A stretch of DNA of 64,000 nucleotides from Candidatus Dojkabacteria bacterium. Lineage in GTDB: Bacteria > Patescibacteriota > Dojkabacteria > SC72 > JAFGCJ01. The notes under the pieces are model-generated. The model was not told where the DNA came from. It made no database searches and saw only the letters and a list, made by a program, of their open reading frames with translations. Both the position numbers and the translations under genes were made by a program. Positions within the stretch are counted from its first letter, which is position 1; each line of letters starts with the position of its first letter. Shown piece by piece: positions 1 through 7,734 of the stretch. The stretch spans positions 2,548 through 66,547 of the forward strand of contig JAFGIK010000031.1 in NCBI GenBank assembly GCA_016929645.1, written 5' to 3'.

Positions 1-1309
1 GCAAAGAATCACAATTTCTTCTCTGAAAAGCCAAATCGGAAACAGCGTCAACCTTTATGGCTGGGCAGAAACAATACGAAAACAAAGCAAAATAATTTTC
101 ATAATCTTGCGTGATCGAAGCGGTAAAGTACAATTAGTTATCGAAAAAGATACAAAAAAAGAATTTGAACTTGCAGAAGATCTATCAAACGAGTCTGTAA
201 TCGCAGTAAAAGGCCAGGTAGTTGAGCAAAAACAGGCATTCAACGGCGTAGAAATCAAAGTAGAACACATGGAAGTTTTATCAAAAGCAGAACAAATACT
301 ACCAATACCTGTTGTAGAAAAAGGGAAACAGGAACAAACCTCAATAAATAAAAGACTCGACTACAGATGGATAGATCTTCGTAAACCTCAAAATGCACTA
401 ATATTTGAAATCGGCACAGATTTAATACGTTTTATGAGCGAGTTCTTCTATGATAAAGACTTCATTCAAGCAGCAACACCAAAGATCATGGCATCACCAA
501 GTGAATCTAATGCTGAATTATTCGAAATAAAATATTTCGGGAAAAAAGCGTATCTTGCACAATCAGCTCAATTCTACAAACAAATGGCAATGGCTTCAGG
601 ATTTGAAGGATTTTTTACATTCGGCGATACCTACAGAGCCGACCCATCATCAACTATTTGGCATATGACACAATTCGTTACCCTTGATGTTGAAAAGTCC
701 TTTATCGAAAGCGAACATGATATCTTTGACTTAGAGGAAGACCTCATTCGTTTCACATTAGAGAAAATTCATGAAAAATATGGAAAGAAAATCGAAGATA
801 CGTTTGGAATCAAAATTCCTAATATGAAAGAAAAAACTCCGAGGATAACAATGAAAGAAGCCAAGGATATACTTGAAAAAGTTGGGTGTGTTGACAGAGG
901 TTCTGCTGATTTGACAACAAAAGAAGAGAAAGCTATATGTGATTGGGCCCAAAAAGAAAAAGGGAGTGATTTTATTTTTGTTTACGAATTTCCATGGGAT
1001 GTCAGACCTTTTTACCACATGAAACGAGGTGAGAACACAACACGAAGCGGAGATTTATTATTTCGTGGTAGAGAAATCTCAACTGATGCACAACGAGAAC
1101 ATAGGTACGATGTTCTTGTAAATCAGCTCCAGGAGAAAAAATTAAAAAAGGAAGAACTTCAACACTACCTTGATTTCTTCAGATATGGATGCCCACCACA
1201 CGGAGGTTTTGGTTTAGGCCCAGAAAGGTTCCTAATGCTGCTTCTTGGCCTCAACAACATTCGAGAGGTCACATACCTACCAAGAGACATGAAACGACTG
1301 TTACCATAG
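1..1309 (+). CDS. aspS: Aspartate--tRNA ligase, short archaeal-type (probably non-discriminating); 5' end truncated by the window
   Basis: Frame 2 is open from base 2 (QRITISSLKSQIGNSVNLYGWAETIRKQSKIIFIILRDRSG, an OB-fold anticodon domain); base 1 G could be the last base of the ATG. Motifs RLDYRWIDLR, AYLAQSAQFYKQM, YRADPS, motif 3 GCPPHGGFGLGPER; no GAD insertion. Confidence 0.9.
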   Translation, partial: QRITISSLKSQIGNSVNLYGWAETIRKQSKIIFIILRDRSGKVQLVIEKDTKKEFELAEDLSNESVIAVKGQVVEQKQAFNGVEIKVEHMEVLSKAEQILPIPVVEKGKQEQTSINKRLDYRWIDLRKPQNALIFEIGTDLIRFMSEFFYDKDFIQAATPKIMASPSESNAELFEIKYFGKKAYLAQSAQFYKQMAMASGFEGFFTFGDTYRADPSSTIWHMTQFVTLDVEKSFIESEHDIFDLEEDLIRFTLEKIHEKYGKKIEDTFGIKIPNMKEKTPRITMKEAKDILEKVGCVDRGSADLTTKEEKAICDWAQKEKGSDFIFVYEFPWDVRPFYHMKRGENTTRSGDLLFRGREISTDAQREHRYDVLVNQLQEKKLKKEELQHYLDFFRYGCPPHGGFGLGPERFLMLLLGLNNIREVTYLPRDMKRLLP

Positions 1310-1426
1310 TAGACTCGGTTTACATCTGACTTGTCGTGACAAGCTTATTTGAACTTCGTGACAATCAACTAGCAAGTAGAGTTCAAGTTTGACTGTCGTT
1401 GTAACACAAAGGTAGACTCGGTCTAC
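1309..1426. repeat. Pair of GTAG-footed palindromic REP-like units in direct orientation (1309-1323 GTAGACTCGGTTTAC; 1412-1426 GTAGACTCGGTCTAC)
   Basis: 14/15 identical copies; GTAGAC-TCG-GTCTAC is self-complementary; core shared with the repeats at 2560, 2704, 52130, 52290, 52427 and 56157. Confidence 0.7.
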
Positions 1427-1435
1427 TTTAGCACC

Positions 1436-1464
1436 TTGACTATTCGGCTTTTATTCGGTACATT
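1436..1464 (+). promoter_or_regulatory. Sigma70-type promoter TTGACT-17-TACATT with a TTCGG-N6-TTCGG direct repeat in the spacer
   Basis: -35 at 1436-1441, -10 at 1459-1464, TTCGG at 1443-1447 and 1454-1458; ATG 6 nt after the -10. Confidence 0.75.
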
Positions 1465-1470
1465 AAAAGC

Positions 1471-2559
1471 ATGAACCTCTACGAAAAAATTTCGATTCTT
1501 GGACCAAATGCACAATATGATACTTGCGGACCAAAAGATTTTGGCAAAACAACAGATATTCCTGGCGTATATCATGCTAAAGTCGCAGGAAATAATGTCT
1601 GTCGCTTATTTAAGGTTCTCCAATCCAACAAATGTGTGAAGAATTGTAAGTATTGTGCATTTCGAAGAGATAGATCAACACCTCGAGCTGAGGCCTCACC
1701 CTTAGAGATGGCAAAAGCGTTTGAATCAGCATTTTCAAGAAGATTGGTTGATGGGTTATTTTTATCTTCTGCAATTGACGGACATCCTGACACAACAATG
1801 ACCAAATTACTTGATACGGCTCATATACTAAGAGAGAAATTTAAGTACAAAGGTTACCTACATTTAAAAATCATGCCCGGAGCAGCAAGTAATTGCATAG
1901 ATGAAACACTAAAACTTGCTAATAGAGTTTCCGTAAACATTGAAGCTCCGACAGAAAAAGATCTGCATTTTCTTTCACCTGAAAAACATTTAGAAAATGA
2001 TATATTAACAACATTTTCATTAATTCATCAAAAAATTCAATTGCTAAAAACAACCCAAAATAGAGTGCCAAGCATAACAACACAATTCATAGTCGGAGCA
2101 GGAGAAGAACGTGACAAGGATATTATAAAATCAACTAAATTGCTCTACAATAAATTTGAACTGCAGCGTGTTTTCTACTCAGCATTTAGACCTGTAGATC
2201 AAACTCCACTCGAAGAAAAACCGTCAACTTCATTGACACGAGAGCATCGCTTGTACCAATCCGATTTCTTGATGCGGATTTACAAATTTAGTCCCGATGA
2301 AATACCACTTGATAACGATGGATTCTTATTTGAAACTGACGACCCCAAAACCCTATGGGTTCAAGCACACCCAGAGATTTTCCCGATGAATATTAACACC
2401 GCAAGATATTTTGATTTATTAAAAATTCCAGGAATTGGTCCTGAAACGGCAAAAAAGATTATTGCACTAAGGTCCATAAACAAGATACAGTTTTATTCGG
2501 ACCTGCTAAGCCAGAGGATTCAAGTAGATAAGATTATGCCGTACGTGTATTTCAGATAA
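1471..2559 (+). CDS. Putative DNA modification/repair radical SAM protein with C-terminal helix-hairpin-helix (TIGR03916-like)
   Basis: AQYDTC N-terminus, CVKNCKYC (CxxxCxxC), GLFLSS, YLHLKIMPG, RVFYSAF, REHRLYQSDFLMR, HhH LLKIPGIGPETAKKII. Confidence 0.88.
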   Translation: MNLYEKISILGPNAQYDTCGPKDFGKTTDIPGVYHAKVAGNNVCRLFKVLQSNKCVKNCKYCAFRRDRSTPRAEASPLEMAKAFESAFSRRLVDGLFLSSAIDGHPDTTMTKLLDTAHILREKFKYKGYLHLKIMPGAASNCIDETLKLANRVSVNIEAPTEKDLHFLSPEKHLENDILTTFSLIHQKIQLLKTTQNRVPSITTQFIVGAGEERDKDIIKSTKLLYNKFELQRVFYSAFRPVDQTPLEEKPSTSLTREHRLYQSDFLMRIYKFSPDEIPLDNDGFLFETDDPKTLWVQAHPEIFPMNINTARYFDLLKIPGIGPETAKKIIALRSINKIQFYSDLLSQRIQVDKIMPYVYFR

Positions 2560-2734
2560 AGACCGAGTCTCAGTCTGGGTTGATTTAAAAGTTAAAACGA
2601 GAAGTTTATTGAAGACAAACAACAAAAACAATATCCTATTTATCATCCTGGAAATGATGAATAATAAAATGTTAGAATATCGAGATAAAACTTGAAAAAA
2701 GGTATTAAATTTTAATGAAGCTGAGTCTCGGTCT
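2560..2734. repeat. Inverted pair of REP-like units (2560-2576 and 2704-2734) bracketing the rSAM-MPG intergenic region
   Basis: AGACCGAGTCTCAGTCT directly after the TAA stop; ATTAAATTTTAATGAAGCTGAGTCTCGGTCT is 29/31 identical to 52427-52457; followed by CTAGAGACCA twice (2733-2742, 2745-2754). Confidence 0.75.
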
Positions 2735-2763
2735 AGAGACCAGACTAGAGACCATCTGAATTT

Positions 2764-3357
2764 ATGAAGCTAACCCGAGATTTTTATCAAAACCCAGCAT
2801 TACAAATAGCACCCCTCTTTCTTGGTAAAAAACTTATTCATTCAACTAATCAGGGTCCAGTAGAAGGTATAATTTCTGACGTTGAAGCCTATCCCGCTAA
2901 AATTGATCAAGTATCACACGGCAACAAACGGACCAGACGAACTGAAATTATGTATGGAATCGGTGGATTTGCCTATATTTACTTGATTTATGGCATTCAT
3001 TACCAGTTTGCTGCAGTAGTAAACAAGAAAAATATTCCAGAAGTGGTATTCATCCGAGCGGTTATTCCTACCAAAGGCATCAAGTTGATGAAAAACAACT
3101 ATGAGAAAGACATTAAGAATAAATTGGATCTAACAAAATCCCCAGGTAATCTTTGCAAATCATTTAGCATTACTTCAGATTTGTATGGAGAGGATTTGAC
3201 AAAAGATAAGCTTTTCATTGAAGATGTAGGGATAAACATTAATGAAAAATTCATTAACACAAGCGAGAGAGTGGGCATTAGCAAAAGATTAAAAGGCCAT
3301 ACGAATAAGTTTAGATTCTATATAAGCCCCAGTTCAATAAAGTTTCTTAGTTTTTAG
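2764..3357 (+). CDS. mpg: 3-methyladenine DNA glycosylase (MPG/AAG family)
   Basis: DVEAY, YIYLIYGIHY, VFIRA, SPGNLCKSF, ERVGIS and FRFY motifs. Confidence 0.9.
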   Translation: MKLTRDFYQNPALQIAPLFLGKKLIHSTNQGPVEGIISDVEAYPAKIDQVSHGNKRTRRTEIMYGIGGFAYIYLIYGIHYQFAAVVNKKNIPEVVFIRAVIPTKGIKLMKNNYEKDIKNKLDLTKSPGNLCKSFSITSDLYGEDLTKDKLFIEDVGININEKFINTSERVGISKRLKGHTNKFRFYISPSSIKFLSF

Positions 3358-3399
3358 TAAAGATTTTAATCGTTTTTTAAATTAATATTATCAAAAAGA

Positions 3400-3747
3400 A
3401 TGAAACTTAGAAGTGTAGTATTTTACGTTTCCAATATAGAAATATCAAAGCGTTTTTACCTGAAATTAGGGTTTGAGATAAATCGAGATGATGGTAAATA
3501 CATTGAGCTCATAACTGATAACAAATGTAAATCAGGACCATTTCTAGATTTGTCCGAATCAAATTCGCAACAAAAACAACCAGGAAAACAAATTTGTTGT
3601 ATAGACACAAAGGAAATTGACAAGTTATTTCGGAAATACTCTACCATAAGCGTAAGGATATCAAGTAAATTAATCGAAAAGACTTGGGGTAAAACTTTTT
3701 CAATAAAGGATCCAGACGGAAATACAATAGAATTTATCCAACAATAG
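3400..3747 (+). CDS. VOC/glyoxalase family protein
   Basis: VVFYVSNIEISKRFYLKLGF at the N-terminus and WGKTFSIKDPDGNTIEF at the C-terminus. Confidence 0.85.
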   Translation: MKLRSVVFYVSNIEISKRFYLKLGFEINRDDGKYIELITDNKCKSGPFLDLSESNSQQKQPGKQICCIDTKEIDKLFRKYSTISVRISSKLIEKTWGKTFSIKDPDGNTIEFIQQ

Positions 3748-3814
3748 TTAACAATCCATCATCTATTACATTGCAAAATTGTTAATCAATATTTTTTTAA
3801 TAAAAAGCGTTTAA

Positions 3815-3843
3815 TTGACTAGTTGGTCATCATAACCTATAAT
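3815..3843 (+). promoter_or_regulatory. Promoter TTGACT-17-TATAAT overlapped by the palindrome TGACTAGTTGGTCA (likely TetR operator)
   Basis: -35 at 3815-3820, -10 at 3838-3843, TGAC-N6-GTCA at 3816-3829, directly upstream of a TetR gene. Confidence 0.75.
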
Positions 3844-3859
3844 AGCGGCTATATCAAAA

Positions 3860-4444
3860 ATGCCCCAAAAAGTTGAAATAGAGGCATTTATCATAAGAAA
3901 GAAAATCATAACAGAAAACAAAATCATTGAATCTGCAGCTGAAGTAATCAATCAAAAAGGATTAGAGAACTTCAATATTGAAAATATCGCAAAGAATGCA
4001 GGAATTGCTAAAGGTTCAATATATCTTTACTTTAGGAGCAAAAAGAAGCTTCTAAAGAAAACTATTTCTTTATTCATCCAACAAAGAATTCAAAATATTG
4101 AAGAAAATATCAATCAAATCTTACAGCAAGCTTGTCTAGAATTAAAAATTAAAAAACTAGTTGAGATTGATAATAGATTCACTGCAAGAAAGTTCTTATT
4201 ATTCAAGCTTTATTATGCATTATTGATTGGTTGTGAAAAAGATATCAAAGCTAGTACAGGAAGAAATTCAACCAAAACACTTATGAAATTCATAACAGAA
4301 ACGAGCAAAAAAATAGCAAAGTATTCAAATAAAGCTTCTGAAAAAGTGAAGGAAATCTCTCGTACAAACACCAAAAAGATAGCAGAGGAGATCATTGAAA
4401 GAATTCAAAATCAAGATATGTCTAAATTGACAAAATCACTCTAA
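3860..4444 (+). CDS. TetR/AcrR family transcriptional regulator
   Basis: HTH: KIIESAAEVINQKGLENFNIENIAKNAGIAKGSIYLYFRSK. Confidence 0.88.
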   Translation: MPQKVEIEAFIIRKKIITENKIIESAAEVINQKGLENFNIENIAKNAGIAKGSIYLYFRSKKKLLKKTISLFIQQRIQNIEENINQILQQACLELKIKKLVEIDNRFTARKFLLFKLYYALLIGCEKDIKASTGRNSTKTLMKFITETSKKIAKYSNKASEKVKEISRTNTKKIAEEIIERIQNQDMSKLTKSL

Positions 4445-4492
4445 ACGGGTGGACAATAGATCCCATAATATACCGTCTGGGGGTATATAATA

Positions 4493-5164
4493 TTACATAC
4501 TAAGATTGTTAACAATTATTACACCAGTATTGTCCGAAGAATAATAACTGAATGTTAAGGTATATGAAGATAACTTTGCCACAAGCGTAAAAGTTCCCAT
4601 TATTTCGCTATTCTCTTGAACATTCCATCCGGCATTTATAAGCTCATCTGCATATATTTCATTTGCGCCGAAGTTAACACCTGACAAATTGACAATCCAG
4701 GAAGTTCCTGGTGTAAAGTCAGAAGAAAATGATTTACTAGACGTTACACTTCCTTGTTGAAATATTGGAACATCAACAGGCATGGTATTCGGCCATCCCT
4801 GGTACTCTACAACGTCCGAATCATCATACATCGTATTGTAATCCTCGCTTATACCTGTTTGTGTTTCTTCATCAGAAACACCAGCGACCTTACCGCTACT
4901 GTCATCAACACTTTGAGAAGAACCGCTGTTCTGTGAATCCTTACCTGAATTTGGCTGAGAAATGTCCTCTTCTGAAGAACCATTACCATTATTGTCTGAA
5001 ATATCTGGCTTCTTGGTTTCTAAATTTAAAAAAGCCAGCACCGCTGACGCAGAAATAAGTACAACGAATATAAAAGAAAGAACAACCCAGAAAATTCTGT
5101 CTTTACCATCAGAAACAAGAATAGAATTGATATCTTTAGAAGGACTGTCGCTGAGAGAGTTCAT
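4493..5164 (-). CDS. Single-pass membrane-anchored surface protein with a Ser/Asp-rich linker
   Basis: N-terminal TM helix, low-complexity S/N/D/G linker containing GKVAGVSD, C-terminal WPxxMPxDVP globular domain. Confidence 0.7.
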   Translation of the reverse strand: MNSLSDSPSKDINSILVSDGKDRIFWVVLSFIFVVLISASAVLAFLNLETKKPDISDNNGNGSSEEDISQPNSGKDSQNSGSSQSVDDSSGKVAGVSDEETQTGISEDYNTMYDDSDVVEYQGWPNTMPVDVPIFQQGSVTSSKSFSSDFTPGTSWIVNLSGVNFGANEIYADELINAGWNVQENSEIMGTFTLVAKLSSYTLTFSYYSSDNTGVIIVNNLSM

Positions 5165-5298
5165 ACTTTTTTAATATTTAAGTAAGAATTTCTTATTTTA
5201 CAATTTTAATTAATAAATTTCCACTCGAATCCATTAATCATTTTTTGCTAAAACTTTGCTTAAACTTTTTTGTGGAAACCGTCAAAAAAGATAACCGT

Positions 5299-6666
5299 CT
5301 AGACCTTGCGAAAATAGGCAAGACACTCAACATGTGGGGTACAAGGATAAAAATTGAATACTTTGAAGAACTTTATCTGATACAACTTCTTTAACGAATT
5401 AAAATCACTGGCCATTGTTGCAGGATTACACGATAAATAAAGAATATTCTTTGGTAATACCTTTAGAATTGAATTCATCAATTTAGGATGAATACCAGGC
5501 CGTGGAGGATCAAAGATCATAAAATCTGATTTCTTTAATTCTTCTTCAGATAAAAGCTTCTCTGCAAGACCTTCAATAAACTCAAAGTTATTAGCACCAT
5601 TATTCTTTGCGTTTTGAAGAGAGTACTTTTGAGAATCAGTAAAACTATCAACTCCCAAAACGCTACCAAAAAGATCAGCCAGAGAGATTCCAATACTTCC
5701 AGCCCCGGAATATATATCGCTACAACGCCTTCTTTCCATCGTATTTACACAAGATACAAGCTCTCGCATATCATGCAATACAAACTCAAACATATTAGGA
5801 TTTATCTGAAAAAATCCATAGTAAGGATAACGAAATATTTTGCCAAGCAAAGATTCGGACAACCACTCTTGTCCGAATGAATACAAAATCTTTGTCGAGA
5901 CACTTGCTGGACTTTTTGGATCTGAATAAATTACATGCAGTCCACATACTTTATCTGAACTATCTTTTAGATTATTAAAAAACTCCTTGAATTCTTTTTT
6001 GTATGAAAATTCCTCGTCCTTAACATAAAGAGCCAAATTTGTTTCTTTAGTAAAATTACTATATCTAACCAAGACAGATTTTAACTTTCCTGATTCAACA
6101 GCTAATCCGTTAATAAAAGACAATAATTTTGTCGCAGCTCGATTAGGCGAGTCTGAAATCAAACTAAATCTCGAAATCGGACATTTGCCTCGTCGAGAAT
6201 CCCGATTGAAAAATGCAAATTCCCATATTTTATTGTCATAATCGTAAAATAGCGAAAATTCGGCTTTATTCCTATACGAAAATCTATTTTCGTCAAATGA
6301 AATTTCAAAATCAGGAAGATCTACATCCGCAATATTTTTGAACAACCTACGAACAAGTTCAACCTTCTGTTGATTCTCATATTTGAAGCTCATAATTTCC
6401 CAACACGAAGTGGACAAGTAACATTCGGACACTGATTCGATTCGATGTTTAGATTTTTCTATAATCTTTATGGCTAAGCATCTTCTGATCTTTTTCTTTT
6501 TCTTTATTACAACCGCCTCCACCACTTCTCCGGGTAGTGCATTCAATACCCAGTAAATCACACCTTCAAAACAGGCTACACCAAAGCCCTTTTCATTCAC
6601 ATGAGAAATTCGAAGTGTTTTGTAGAGAACCTTTCTATTCTCATTATCTTTGTTACTGGCTGACAT
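5299..6666 (-). CDS. RNA (uracil-5)-methyltransferase, RlmD/TrmA family
   Basis: TRAM-like start (NALPGEVV), YRNKAEF, FFQINP, DIYSGAGSIG, DPPRPG, YLSCNP, FYPCTPHVE. Confidence 0.88.
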   Translation of the reverse strand: MSASNKDNENRKVLYKTLRISHVNEKGFGVACFEGVIYWVLNALPGEVVEAVVIKKKKKIRRCLAIKIIEKSKHRIESVSECYLSTSCWEIMSFKYENQQKVELVRRLFKNIADVDLPDFEISFDENRFSYRNKAEFSLFYDYDNKIWEFAFFNRDSRRGKCPISRFSLISDSPNRAATKLLSFINGLAVESGKLKSVLVRYSNFTKETNLALYVKDEEFSYKKEFKEFFNNLKDSSDKVCGLHVIYSDPKSPASVSTKILYSFGQEWLSESLLGKIFRYPYYGFFQINPNMFEFVLHDMRELVSCVNTMERRRCSDIYSGAGSIGISLADLFGSVLGVDSFTDSQKYSLQNAKNNGANNFEFIEGLAEKLLSEEELKKSDFMIFDPPRPGIHPKLMNSILKVLPKNILYLSCNPATMASDFNSLKKLYQIKFFKVFNFYPCTPHVECLAYFRKV

Positions 6667-6805
6667 TTTTATTTGAGATTAATCATAAACTTACATATTA
6701 ATCATTAACTTTTCATTACTAAACTAGCAATAACTTGCAAATGTACATAAAAATTTGATATTCTACTGATGATCCTAGAATAACTCATAGAAATATTCTT
6801 ATCAA

Positions 6806-7723
6806 ATGATTGAAATCAAAAACATATACAAAAGTTTTGGACCCATTCACGCAGTAAACGGCATCAGTCTATCAATAGACAAGGGTGAGATCCTTGGTCT
6901 TCTCGGCCCTAATGGAGCAGGGAAATCAACTACAATGAGGATGATTACAGGTTACTTATTTCCAGACAAAGGCTCAATAAAAATACAAGGCCAAGATATG
7001 AAAGAAAATAGCGAGGAAATACAGAAGATAATAGGGTACATGCCAGAAAACAATCCAATCTATAAATCTATGTTGGTAGAGGAGCTGCTAAAGCTTGTTC
7101 TCAGATTAAGACAGATACCAATAGATCAAAATATCATTGATAAAGTTGTTGAGCAGACAGGATTAGAAGATGTTTACTATCGACCCATAGGTCAATTATC
7201 AAAAGGATATCAACAACGAGTTGGTCTTGCTCAAGCTCTTATTCACGATCCAGAAATTTTGATTCTAGATGAACCAACAGAAGGACTTGATCCAAATCAA
7301 AGAAATGAAATCAGGAAACTCGTGAGAAACATAAGCCAAGAGAAGACAATTATCATTAGTACTCATGTTATGCAAGAAGTTTCAGCAATGTGCAACCGTA
7401 TTGTAATTATCAATAATGGAAAGATTGTTGCAGATGGAGATCAGAAAACACTAACAAATAGAGATTCAGAAATCGTTGAATTCAGTGCAGAGGGAAAAAA
7501 TATCGAAGAACAACTCAAAAAAATTCAGACAGTAAAAATTGTAAAAAAAATAGAGAGCCAAAACAATATCGAATTATTTGAATTAGCAACAAAAGCAGAT
7601 AAAAACTTCTACAAAGAGCTTGGAGAAATTACTGCAGCAAACAGATGGATAGTCTACAAGATAAATGAAAAAGTTGACTCTCTTGAGGACGTGTTTTACA
7701 GCCTTACAAAAGAAAATAATTAA
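6806..7723 (+). CDS. ABC transporter ATP-binding protein (GldA-like)
   Basis: GPNGAGKST, LSKGYQQRVGLAQAL, ILILDEPT, STH. Confidence 0.92.
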   Translation: MIEIKNIYKSFGPIHAVNGISLSIDKGEILGLLGPNGAGKSTTMRMITGYLFPDKGSIKIQGQDMKENSEEIQKIIGYMPENNPIYKSMLVEELLKLVLRLRQIPIDQNIIDKVVEQTGLEDVYYRPIGQLSKGYQQRVGLAQALIHDPEILILDEPTEGLDPNQRNEIRKLVRNISQEKTIIISTHVMQEVSAMCNRIVIINNGKIVADGDQKTLTNRDSEIVEFSAEGKNIEEQLKKIQTVKIVKKIESQNNIELFELATKADKNFYKELGEITAANRWIVYKINEKVDSLEDVFYSLTKENN

Positions 7724-7734
7724 TTCATCAATTT

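Noticed and set aside
1309-2754. Short repeats with intervening unique sequence as a possible CRISPR array
   Set aside because: Only pairs, irregular spacing, mixed orientation and no cas genes; the pattern fits REP-like repeats.
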